DNA of 64,000 bases from Candidatus Melainabacteria bacterium (lineage in GTDB: Bacteria; Cyanobacteriota; Vampirovibrionia; Gastranaerophilales; Gastranaerophilaceae). Made by a program: the position numbers and the translations under genes. The notes under the pieces were generated by a model, which was not told where the DNA came from, made no database searches, and was given only the letters and a program-made list of their open reading frames with translations. The stretch spans positions 1,222,212 to 1,286,211 of the forward strand of contig CP091731.1 in NCBI GenBank assembly GCA_022009935.1. Direction: 5' to 3'. Shown one piece after another: positions 29,902 to 39,641 of this stretch (position 1 is its first letter; each line of letters begins with the position of its first letter).

Positions 29902-32900
29902 ATGTTTGAAAATAATGAGGATAATGATAATTTAAATGAGTTTCTAAATGACGATAACTATAACTCGTCAGATACAGAAAAAATAATAAATGCCGTTTCT
30001 AAAGTTGAAGTCGGTATAATTTCTGCAGTTGCAGGTTTTTTTGAAAATATTTCCTTTATTGAAGAAACTCAAGCCATTGAAGATAATATAACTATAAACA
30101 CTTTAAACGTTATAAATGAAATTCAATCCTTGCGTGAAATTCTTATTAAACTGCCTTCAATAAAAAATATTAATTCAAATAGTGAAACTAATGACAACCA
30201 AAGTGAAGTTATTGAAAAATTAAATAATATTATTGAAACTTTAAAAGCTGTTTCAAACAGACCACAAGCACCTATTGAACCTAAAATAAATATTAATATT
30301 AATGAAGCATTAAAACCTTTAAATCAACAATTAGAGTCAATTAATTCTTATATAAATGAAATAAATTCACAAATCCAAACTTTAAAAGCACAAAATACAG
30401 AAAATATTTTAAATAAAGAAAATATAGAAGAAATTTGTAATGTTACCGAGGCAAATGGCAGTAATGGCAATATAATTGAGTCTTTAAATTTTCTTAATAA
30501 AAACCTTAGTCAAAAATTGCAAGAGGTGAAAAGCTTTGTCCAAAGCGAAAATAACAACAAACAAATTAGTGATTCTTTAAGCAATCTTAACCAAAACTTA
30601 CAAGAGGTGAAAAGCTTTGTCCAAAGCGAAAATAACAACAAACAAATTAGTGACTCTTTAAGCAACCTTAACCAGAACTTGCAAGAGGTGAAAAGCTTTG
30701 TCCAAAGCGAAAACAAAAACCAAGAAATTTGCGATTCTTTAAGCAACCTTAACCAAAACTTACAAGAGGTGAAAAGTTTTGTTCAAAGCGAAAACAAAAA
30801 CCAAGAAATTTGCGATTCTTTAAGCAACCTTAACCAAAACTTACAAGAGGTGAAAAGCTTTGTTCAAAGCGAAAACAAAAACCAAGAAATTTGCGACTCT
30901 TTAAGCAATCTCAACAATAATTTGCTTGAAATAAAGGATATAGTTGACACATACGAAAGTCAAACATGCGATAGGCTTAGCAATGATATACAAAATCTAA
31001 TAAAAGCTATTGAAATTAATGAAGATATTTATAACAATCAAACCCAAAATGATATTTTTGAAGCGTTAAATACTCTAAACAGTAAAATTAGTATAATTAC
31101 ACACACATATAATGAAACTGATGAAAATGACGTAAAAAACTTATTTGTAAGTATTGACGAAATTATAAATCATCTAAATTCACTTGATTTAAATATTAAT
31201 ACTATAGAGCAAAACCAAAATTCAATTGATGTAAAATATGAACTTGATAGTTTAAAAGAAGAACTTTCACAAATTATTGACGAAAAAACATCCCTTGTTG
31301 ATGAAAACCAAAGCTATAACGTTAATGAAATATTGACTGCTATAAACAATATAAAAGATAATATATCAAATTTAGATGATAAAATTAATGATGAAAGCAA
31401 AAATGAACAAGATGTCGCTTTTCGTGAAGAAATAAAAACAAATTTGACAAAATTATCACAACTTGTCGAGTATTCTTCCTCAACATCTTCAAGTACAATC
31501 CAAAACGAAATAAAAGAAGTCAAAGATACAATTATTGAATCCGTTGCCGGATTTTTTGCAAACTTTAATTTTGAAGAAGAACAAGAAACAATACAAAATT
31601 TTATTGTTGAAAATAAAAATGATATAAATGACAAACTAAACCAAACATTTATAAAACTTGATGAAAAATTAACACCAATTACATCAACAATACAAAACAT
31701 TGATATACTTAAAGAAAACGTAAGTCGCATTAACGAAATATTTTCAAAATCATCTAATGAATTGGATGACAACAATGACACATACAATTATACTTTTATC
31801 GACCTTGAAAATGATATTATAAAACTCAATATGATGTTGAATGATTTAACAACATCATTAAACCAAAATTTAGACGAAAACAAAACTACAATAAAAAATG
31901 AATTATCCAATGTAACAGAAATAGTAGAGTCATTCAAAAACGAAAATACGTCTTTCATTAAAGACGAAATATCAAACTTGTCCTCGGTTGTTGAGTCAAC
32001 AAATGATGACATTTCAAGCATTTCGAAACGAACAAATAAACTTATAATCTTAGCCGATGAAGCACAAAATGCTTATAATAATAATGTTGAAAAATTCAAA
32101 AATCTTACATCACAAATAATTGCTCAAATCAACAATCTTACAAAATTAGGACAGGATTTTTCAAATATAATAAACAAACAAAACCTAACATTAAACAATA
32201 TTAACAATCTAAACGAAGCTTTTATATACCTTGGAACTTGGATTGATGAAGTTGATGTAGTATTTAAAAATATACAAGAAAACGTTAAAACAACGGTTAA
32301 AAACGAAGATTTAAACCTTGTTCGTGTATCGGTTGAAGATAGGCTTAATAGCATTGAAAATGTTGTTTCAAATATTGAAAACTCCATAAATGATATGACG
32401 TTAAAACTTAATTCTTATGAAGAAATAAATGTTAATGTCGAAGATAAAATAGGCAGCTTTGATGAAATATTTGAAAATATTGAAAACAATATTAACGATA
32501 ATAACTTTAAAATAAATAATTTAAGCGAACAAATCGCTGATGTTGAAAATTCGTTTAATAATAATCTTATCTCAAAACTTGATAGGGTTAATGAAGTTAT
32601 TGAAGAACTTCAAAATTCATACGAAGAAACAAACAACAGCATCAATGAAAAAATTGAAACCATTGAGAATAATCTTAATAATAATGGTGATTATAGCGAT
32701 AAATTCAATGAAATTCTTGAAAAATTAAAAGAAAATGAAGAAAAGAATAACGAAATATCAAGAAAATTAGAAGAAAAAGAACAACTTTTTGAACAAATGA
32801 AAAACGATATGGACAATGTTCACAAGCTTAATGCCAAAGTTAACGGAATTGAAGATGTAATTTTACGCCTTGATAAAAAAATAACACGGATTGTTAATTA

Positions 32901-32916
32901 TATTGATGAAGACTAA
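29902..32916 (+). CDS. giant Asn/Glu/Ile-rich coiled-coil protein (about 1000 aa), hypothetical
   Basis: Single uninterrupted 3-kb ORF (track 29890-32916; ATG at 29902). Heptad-like low-complexity sequence with an internal 27-aa repeat block. Confidence 0.7.
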   Translation: MFENNEDNDNLNEFLNDDNYNSSDTEKIINAVSKVEVGIISAVAGFFENISFIEETQAIEDNITINTLNVINEIQSLREILIKLPSIKNINSNSETNDNQSEVIEKLNNIIETLKAVSNRPQAPIEPKINININEALKPLNQQLESINSYINEINSQIQTLKAQNTENILNKENIEEICNVTEANGSNGNIIESLNFLNKNLSQKLQEVKSFVQSENNNKQISDSLSNLNQNLQEVKSFVQSENNNKQISDSLSNLNQNLQEVKSFVQSENKNQEICDSLSNLNQNLQEVKSFVQSENKNQEICDSLSNLNQNLQEVKSFVQSENKNQEICDSLSNLNNNLLEIKDIVDTYESQTCDRLSNDIQNLIKAIEINEDIYNNQTQNDIFEALNTLNSKISIITHTYNETDENDVKNLFVSIDEIINHLNSLDLNINTIEQNQNSIDVKYELDSLKEELSQIIDEKTSLVDENQSYNVNEILTAINNIKDNISNLDDKINDESKNEQDVAFREEIKTNLTKLSQLVEYSSSTSSSTIQNEIKEVKDTIIESVAGFFANFNFEEEQETIQNFIVENKNDINDKLNQTFIKLDEKLTPITSTIQNIDILKENVSRINEIFSKSSNELDDNNDTYNYTFIDLENDIIKLNMMLNDLTTSLNQNLDENKTTIKNELSNVTEIVESFKNENTSFIKDEISNLSSVVESTNDDISSISKRTNKLIILADEAQNAYNNNVEKFKNLTSQIIAQINNLTKLGQDFSNIINKQNLTLNNINNLNEAFIYLGTWIDEVDVVFKNIQENVKTTVKNEDLNLVRVSVEDRLNSIENVVSNIENSINDMTLKLNSYEEINVNVEDKIGSFDEIFENIENNINDNNFKINNLSEQIADVENSFNNNLISKLDRVNEVIEELQNSYEETNNSINEKIETIENNLNNNGDYSDKFNEILEKLKENEEKNNEISRKLEEKEQLFEQMKNDMDNVHKLNAKVNGIEDVILRLDKKITRIVNYIDED
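30520..30924 (+). repeat. 5 x 81-nt near-identical coding repeats
   Basis: CAAGAGGTGAAAAGCTTTGTCCAAAGCGAAAA... starts at 30520, 30601, 30682, 30763 and 30844. It encodes LQEVKSFVQSEN(N/K)N(K/Q)(Q/E)I(S/C)DSLSNLNQN. Confidence 0.9.
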
Positions 32917-33075
32917 TTTAAAAAAATTTATATATTAAAAAACCTTGAAACATAAAAGCAAGAATCCAACTTAAGTTTCTTTTTTAGATTTAAAATATCA
33001 TTATCATTATTAAATTTTGAGTTAATATAAATGATTTTTGAAATTTTTTCACGAATTGTATAAAATTCATTCATA

Positions 33076-33678
33076 TTAGCACATTTTATTAAAAGTTCTT
33101 TTTAAATCATTATTTAACTTAAGGTCTAAATGACTAAGAGCTTCTAAATTCCAGTATAAAGCAAACATTTGTTTATTTATTTTATAACCTTTTTTTGTTT
33201 CGTTTAAATTTTCATTCTCTAAAATTTCAAAGCTTTTTTTTATTATATTAGTTTGCAATAATTCTTGAAATTTAAATTTATCTAATGTTCCAATAACAAA
33301 ACGACAAATTGATGGATTTATGTCAGTTATTGACTTAAGAATAATGTTTGTAGCATTTTCATTTTCTGTCAAAATTGAAAATGCAGCTTTATTTTTATTA
33401 TTTTCGCATAAAAACTCATCCAGTTTAAAAGCACACGCTTCTCTAATATCATTTGGATAACAGGTCAAATGTTGCCATAATAAATTTGCATCTTCTTTAG
33501 TTTTTAAATCGTTTAAGTTTAAAATATAAATAGCTTTATATTTATCATCATTGGATTTTAACTTTTCAATAACTTCATTATATGAAAAAGTTTTTGAAGC
33601 TAACTTTATAGCAATATTAATTTCATTATCAGAAAGTATAATATTATCATCGTTTATCATACTTTTAAATATTACCAC
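33076..33678 (-). CDS. hypothetical protein (helical repeat-like)
   Basis: 200-aa ORF. A further 52 open codons in the adjacent frame down to 32928 suggest a C-terminal extension lost to a frame change. Confidence 0.4.
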   Translation of the reverse strand: MVIFKSMINDDNIILSDNEINIAIKLASKTFSYNEVIEKLKSNDDKYKAIYILNLNDLKTKEDANLLWQHLTCYPNDIREACAFKLDEFLCENNKNKAAFSILTENENATNIILKSITDINPSICRFVIGTLDKFKFQELLQTNIIKKSFEILENENLNETKKGYKINKQMFALYWNLEALSHLDLKLNNDLKRTFNKMC

Positions 33679-33789
33679 AAACGGGTATAATTAAAAGTTA
33701 AAATAGTTTTAAAAGGTGATAAAATATTTTATTTATGATAAATAATAAGTATTATTAAAGAGATAATAAAAAAGGGAACTAATACATAA

Positions 33790-33963
33790 ATGGAAGCAAT
33801 AAAAAACTTTTTTATGGAAATATTAATGCTCAAAGAAGAAACAAAAACTCACATTGGTCTTTCAAGTTTCAAGTCAAAAAAAAGCTATAAAATAACTGAG
33901 CCCAAAATAGCTAAAAATAAAAAAGATATAAAACTATCGGACTTAATGAAAGGTAATCTTTAA
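33790..33963 (+). CDS. small hypothetical protein (57 aa)
   Basis: [57 protein letters not shown]. Below the track cutoff and convergent with prfA. Weak call. Confidence 0.2.
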   Translation: MEAIKNFFMEILMLKEETKTHIGLSSFKSKKSYKITEPKIAKNKKDIKLSDLMKGNL

Positions 33964-35047
33964 GCTTCAATTTGAGATAATTTTTCAAGTTTGAGTTTTT
34001 GGTCGTGTTGAATAAGCAACTCAAGCAAGTCATCCAAATCGCCATCAATAGCGGTCCAAACATTTAAATTTTGTCCTATACGATGGTCAGTCAAACGTCC
34101 TTGAGGGAAGTTGTAAGTTCTGATACGTTCAGAGCGGTCACCTGTACCAACTTGTGAGCGTCGAAGGTCAGTAATTTCCTGCATTTGTTTTTGAACTTCC
34201 ATATCATAAAGCTTAGCTTTTAATATTTGAATAGCACGCTCTTTATTTTGAAGTTGCGATCTTTCTTCTGTACAAAATACCATTAAATTTGTAGGCTTGT
34301 GAACTACACGAACGGCTGTTTCAACCTTGTTTACATTTTGTCCGCCTGCACCACCTGAACGACAGGTTGATATTTCCAAATCATTTGGGTTTATTTCCAC
34401 TTCAACATCATCAACTTCAGGCATAACAGCAACAGTAGCTGTAGATGTATGCACACGTCCTTGTGATTCCGTTTGAGGTACCCTTTGCACACGGTGAACT
34501 CCTGATTCATATTTTAAACGTGAATAAACAGCGTTACCACGTATTGAAACTACAACTTCTGAAAACCCACCGGCTTCACATTCTGTTTTTTGAAAGTATT
34601 TGTGTTTGCCAACCCATTTTGTCTGCATATTTTAAATACATTCTCAACAAATCACCGGCAAAAATGTTTGCCTCATCACCACCGGCTGAACCGCGAATTT
34701 CCAACATAATATCCTTGTCATCCATTGGGTCACGCGGAAGCAAAAAGAACTTTCATCTTTTCTTCATACTCTTGAATTTTCTTTTCGTTTGTTTCTATTT
34801 CTGATTTCAAAAAAATCTCTCATGGTTTCATCAGTTTCACCTTTTAGAAGTTCATTTGCATCTTTTATTGCTTCATCAGCTTCTTTAAATCGGTTATAAA
34901 GATTAACTGTTTCTTCCATTGATTTTCGCTGTTTTGATAAATCACGAAATTTGTTATAATCCGCTATTGTCTCAGGTTTTGACAATATCTCACCAAGTTC
35001 ATTATATTTTTTTCTATATCAAGTATTTTATCTAACATTTCTTTCAT
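33960..35047 (-). CDS. prfA: peptide chain release factor 1, at least three frame changes
   Basis: [29 protein letters not shown] (PxT type, hence RF1 not RF2). [21 protein letters not shown] (GGQ). N-terminus [13 protein letters not shown](K)[20 protein letters not shown]. Confidence 0.85.
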
Positions 35048-35092
35048 ATTTTATATAATCGGTTTGTGTCAAACCTTTCCTTTCATTTCTTT

Positions 35093-36232
35093 TTATTCTT
35101 TTTTAGCATCTTCTTTTAGCTGAACAGGCATAATCAAACAAACATAATCATCATCATTAATAGGAGTGAACATTGTCGCAGACAAGCTTCCATTCAAACC
35201 TATCTGTATATTTTCACTATCCATATTCTTTATTGATTCTATAATATACTTGTAATTAAAGGCAATATCAAGGTCATCATCTTGATATTTTATTTCAATT
35301 TCATCATTAGATTTCCCTTCTTCAGGAGTTTGTGCAAGCATTTTTAGCTTATTATGTATAAAACTAAACTCGATGATACTTGTTCTGTCACTCACCATAG
35401 TTGAGACGCGATCTAAGGCGTTTAAAAATTCTTCCCTATTAACTATAGCATTCTTAGGAAAACTCTTCGGGATAAGCTGGCTATAGGGCGGAAAATCGCC
35501 TTCTAATAATTGACTCTCAAGTACAAAATTTTCGGTTTTGAATAAAACTTTTTACCTTCGATATTATTACTTTTACTTTTTTATCCTCGGTTATTTGGCA
35601 AATACGTGCAAATTCGTTGAAAGCTTTTGAAGGGATAATAATAGTTATGTCTTCTTCAATATCTTTCTCAGCTATTGGCTGAATAAGCCTTGTTAGTCGG
35701 TTTCCATCTGTCGCAGCCATTTCTATGTTGTCTTTTCTAACTTTTGTAATTACACCGCTTATCACATTTCTGCTTTCCGGAGATGCACAAGCAAATACCG
35801 TATGCTCTATCCCTTTTATTAACGGCTCTGTTTCTATATCAAATTCATTTACCTGATAAATATCACGAAAGACTTTTGGAAAATCTCCAGATTCCATACT
35901 TATCACTTCAAACTTTGTACTTCCGCAGCTAATTTGCATAATTTGTGTTGATGAGTCAAGCTCAAAAAAGTATTGGTTTGTCCGGCAATTTATTCACTAT
36001 TTCTATAAGCTTTTTTGCCCCCATTGTTGTTGCACCTGCAACTTCAACACTTGCAACCTGTGTTGTTTCAACTGACATATCCATATCTGTTGAGGTTAGT
36101 TTTATTTTATTATCTTCACACGCTTCTATTAATATATTTGATAATATTGGATTTATCCCACGCATTGATGCTATTTTTTCAACGACTTTTTAAACGGTTT
36201 AGTAAATACCCTTTTTCTATTGAAAATTTCAT
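35093..36232 (-). CDS. dnaN: DNA polymerase III beta sliding clamp, at least two frame changes
   Basis: MKFSIEKGYLLNRLK... / MRGINPILSNILIEACEDNKIKLTSTDMDMSVET / ...SCGSTKFEVISMESGDFP...AATDGNRLT / ...LNGSLSATMFTPINDDDYVCLIMPVQL. Confidence 0.85.
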
Positions 36233-36239
36233 GTTTTTT

Positions 36240-36650
36240 TATATCCCTTTCAAAAATATTTTCAATTTTCTCAAATCTAATTCTTATCTTAATTTTAACA
36301 TAAATAAATTTTTGTGTTTTGGATGTTATTTTTTTATTATTAATTATTATTTTATTATATATAAATAATAATAGTAGTAGTAGTGTATGTAGAAACTGTA
36401 GAAAACTTTTTTAAACCCTTTATTTACAATACTTTTCGCTTCTTTTAACATGTAGAAAACTATGTAGAAAGTATGTAGAAAAAAATTAAAAAATGTAGAA
36501 AACTTTTTTATTTTAAAAAATTTTGTGAGTTTTCTACATTTGCCTTAAAGTTTTGAACAGGTTTTATACATAGTTTTCTACATTTTTATCGGAGTTTTCT
36601 ACAATTTTCCATATAATTTTCTACATGTTTATCATTGCTTTGCGTTTTTA
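36240..36650. other. candidate chromosomal replication origin (oriC): ten TTTTCTACA boxes plus an AT-rich stretch, directly upstream of dnaN
   Basis: TGTAGAAA(A/C) at 36388, 36397, 36451, 36463, 36474 and 36494. TTTTCTACA at 36530, 36574, 36595 and 36617. The two sets are in convergent orientation. An almost pure A/T tract lies at 36290-36380. Confidence 0.6.
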
Positions 36651-37093
36651 TAATTATCATAATATTCACAAAAATTGTATAAAGCGTTTAAAAGAACTCT
36701 ACCTGATTCACTTTTTGCAATAAAAAAAAGCAACCAAGATTGTTGGTTGCAATGTATATCTCCTATGTAAAATTTTGTCAATATTATTTACACAAGGCGA
36801 CTCTAATTTGAGTCGTAACCATTGAGTTAATGCAACTATACTAGGTTTACAATCTTTTGATTTATTCGTTTTTAAATATTGTGCAAATTCCTCAATGAGC
36901 ATAATTATATTATATATAAATAAAAAATAAATTACAAGTTATTCAGTTTTTGAATTAAAATTTAAAGATGTATTTTACTAAATTTTATGCTGTAGATATT
37001 ATGCAAAAATTTTAATAAAACCTCTATTAATATTATCTGCAGAATATAACTAAAACTATAATAAAAAAGAGCCTTTCGGCTCTTGATTTTAAA

Positions 37094-37169
37094 TGGTGGG
37101 CTTGGAGGGATTCGAACCCTCGACCAATTGATTAAGAGTCAACTGCGCTACCAGCTGCGCTACAAGCCC
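37094..37169 (-). tRNA. tRNA-Lys (anticodon CUU), CCA encoded
   Basis: GGGCTTGTAGCGCAGCTGGTAGCGCAGTTGACTCTTAATCAATTGGTCGAGGGTTCGAATCCCTCCAAGCCCACCA. Confidence 0.9.
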
Positions 37170-37324
37170 TTTTTATATATTTTTTACGTTTATTTTAGCA
37201 TAATATAAAAAAAAGAACAACTAATTAATAATAAAAATAATGTTTTAGAAACTTTTTTAATGTTTAAAAAAATAAATAAATATGTTAAAATATAAATATA
37301 AATTGTACATTTAAAATTGAATAT

Positions 37325-37729
37325 GGGGACGCTTTTGGATTTGACAGGGCGATTGTTGCATTTAAATTGCGAGTCGAAGCGCTGTTCTTCGTAAAAACGA
37401 GCAAATTAAAATAAACGCTACAGATAATGTTGTAGTTGCTGATTTTTCACGTGCTCGCGCACGTAAAGCTGCTTAATCAAAATAGCAGTTCAGCCACCTC
37501 AATTTGTCCAGCTTGCCGATAGTTGGGGTAAATTATGCAAGTTGCGGTTGTTTGTTTAAAGGGCATTCAGCTTAAGTTTTTTCCTTTAAGCTTGTAAACA
37601 GCTTATAATTTACTTTAAGTTATCCTAAGTTTGAAAGTTTGACATTATAACTTGAACTCTAAACTTTACACACTCGTAGAGGTTTAAGTGTTACCGTTTT
37701 GGACGTGGGTTCGACTCCCACCGTCTCCA
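37325..37729 (+). ncRNA. ssrA: tmRNA (SsrA)
   Basis: 5' GGGGACGCTTTTGGATTTGACAGGG and 3' GGACGTGGGTTCGACTCCCACCGTCTCCA form the tRNA-like domain. Candidate tag frame 37417-37473 reads (A)ATDNVVVADFSRARARKAA, then TAA. Confidence 0.9.
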
Positions 37730-37756
37730 GTTTATGACTTAAAATCAAAGTTAATA

Positions 37757-37795
37757 AAAGCCTGTAAAATTAATACTTTACAGGCTTTATTATTG
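37757..37795 (+). terminator. intrinsic terminator candidate after ssrA
   Basis: AAAGCCTGTAAA...TTTACAGGCTTT 12-bp stem followed by a T-rich tail. Confidence 0.5.
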
Positions 37796-38090
37796 TATAA
37801 ATGAATAACAAAACTTGTATTATTTGTCAAAATCCTTGCCATTATTCTGTTTTATGAGTTTGACTCCCTTTAAGACATTCTCCATAATATTTTATCTACA
37901 ATAGGTTTCGAAAGCCCAACGAGCAAGAGTATTGTAGAATTTCGATTATCTTTCCTCAATTTCTTCGGGTGATGCTTGTTCAGTTGGCATTTTGATAATG
38001 AGTCCGATTTTCTTTGTCATAATTGATTCCTTTCTTGTTAAAATACACAAATACAACTTTTATGCTATAATCCTTTAAAAAGGTAAAAGT

Positions 38091-38944
38091 ATGAAAAAAG
38101 AATTAATTGTTAAATTGAGAAAAACATTTGAAGAAGCTGCATTTGATTATCAAGGTGTGGAATGTTGGTCAGCAAGGGAATTACAAAGTTTATTAAACTA
38201 TAAGGAATGGCGAAATTTTGAAAATGTAATCAATAAAGCTAAAGATTCCTGTAAAACCGCCAAACAAGATATAAACGACCATTTTGTTGACGTCAACAAA
38301 ATGGTTCAAATAGGCTCAGGAGCTGAAAAAGGTATCTCAGACATATTGCTTACAAGATATGCTTGTTATTTAATTGCCCAAAATGGTGACCCAAAAAAGA
38401 AGAAATTGCATTTGCACAAAGTTATTTTGCAATACAAACAAGAAAACAAGAAATTCTTGAAGAACGTATTTTATTAGCCGAAAGATTAGAGGCAAGAGAA
38501 AAACTTACTGCAACCGAAACAGAATTATCCGAATTAATATATGAAAAAGGTGTTGATAATAATGGTTTTGGAAGAATCAGAAGTAAAGGTGATTGTGCTT
38601 TATTTGGTGGAAAAAATACTTCAGAAATGAAAAGAAAATTAGGCATACCTGATAATAGACCATTGGCAGATTTTTTACCTACAATTACAATTAAAGCAAA
38701 AGATTTAGCTACTGAAATAACTAATTTTAATGTAAAGAAAAATGATTTATATGGTGAAAATTCTATCACAAATGAACATATTAAAAACAATAAAGAAGTA
38801 AGAGAATTATTAGGTAAAAGCGGAATAAAACCAGAAGAATTACCACCGGAAGAAGATATCAAAAAACTTGCAAGAAGAGTTAAAGCTAATGAAAAAGAAA
38901 TTGCTAAAACAAATTCTTTCGGCAAAATATCTAAAAAAGACTAG
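38091..38944 (+). CDS. dinD: DNA damage-inducible protein D homologue, frame change(s)
   Basis: Colinear with E. coli DinD as recalled: ECWSARELQSLLNYKEWRNFENVINKAKDSC...DHFVDVNKMVQIGSGAEKGISDILLTRYACYLIAQNGDPKK.IAFAQSYFAIQTRKQE... Confidence 0.75.
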
Positions 38945-39045
38945 ATGGTTTATGTATATTTTCTATATTCACAAATGCGTGAAATAAAGACAAAATCAGA
39001 TAATGAATAAATAAATTGTTGAAGTAAAAATTTCTATTTTTGTGA

Positions 39046-39059
39046 CACCGTCTCCACCA
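39046..39059 (+). repeat. displaced copy of the tmRNA 3' end (CACCGTCTCCA + CCA); att-like direct repeat
   Basis: CACCGTCTCCA at 39046-39056 equals 37719-37729. Here it is followed by CCA, which the resident ssrA 3' end lacks. Confidence 0.5.
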
Positions 39060-39063
39060 TTCT

Positions 39064-39598
39064 TTATACTGTTTCTTCTTTTGTTGTTGTTTTTGTTGTT
39101 TTTATTATTTTATTGCCGTCTTTATCTTTTGTAGCTATTAATATACCATCAAAATTGTCTTCGTCTAAATCTTTGGCAGATTTATTTTCTTCATTATCTG
39201 TTTTATCGTTATTATCTTCACTTATTTCATCAATTTCATCAATTTCATCTTCGATAACTTCTTCTTTTTGTGCTTCTGTATTTTCCTTTTTCTTCTTTTT
39301 CTATTTCTTCAAAAGATTTAGTGCGAGTAATGCCAATATTAAACATAAAAGCAAGTTCATTTTCTTCACCTGAAAAACTTATATCATAAGTTTCTTCTTT
39401 TACGTCCATATATTTTGACAAAACTTTTATCAAGTCGCATTTAAGTTTTTCTGCAGATATTGAGTCAAGTTTCATTCTATCTTGCGTTAAAACAAGTTTT
39501 AATCTGTTATACGCTACATCTTTTGCATTTTCTTCTTCGTTTTCATTTTGGAAGAAATTTACCATTCTATTATAAATATCTGTTAATATATCTTTCAT
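39064..39598 (-). CDS. minE: cell division topological specificity factor MinE, possibly with a long acidic C-terminal tail (one frame change)
   Basis: AKDVAYNRLKLVLTQDRMKLDSISAEKLKCDLIKVLSKYMDV matches MinE. The track ORF stops at 39245, but about 80 more open codons (ENTEAQKEEVIEDEIDEIDEISEDNND...) follow in the next frame to TAA 39064-39066. Confidence 0.7.
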
Positions 39599-39636
39599 TT
39601 TTTTTACATAACGGGCTTGTGCCCCTCATCCTTTCT
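39599..39636 (-). promoter_or_regulatory. conserved intercistronic hairpin element (GAAGGATG..GGGC-N4-GCCC-GTTAT(A/G)TAAAA) between minD and minE
   Basis: Gene strand reads GAAAGGATGAGGGGCACAAGCCCGTTATGTAAAAAAA-ATG(minE). It closely matches the element in front of atpE (62634-62672) and in each family-A unit. Confidence 0.5.
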
Positions 39637-39641
39637 ATCAA

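Noticed and set aside
33960-35047. A programmed +1 frameshift of release factor 2
   Set aside because: The protein has the RF1-type PxT motif ([10 protein letters not shown]), not the RF2 SPF motif. There are several breaks rather than one near codon 26.
36708-36902. 64-aa minus-strand ORF next to the oriC candidate
   Set aside because: Its 3' end contains a terminator-like hairpin (GCAACCAAC..TTGGTTGC plus a T-run). No family signature or convincing ribosome site is present, so it is left unannotated.
37946-38020. 24-codon ORF (MTKKIGLIIKMPTEQASPEEIEER*) with a good AAGGA ribosome site in the dinD islet
   Set aside because: It is too short to support from sequence alone. It is mentioned only as part of the islet.
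39113-39373. Ser-rich 86-aa + strand ORF
   Set aside because: It is the antisense of the acidic GAA/GAT-rich tail region downstream of minE. It has no ribosome site and is low complexity.
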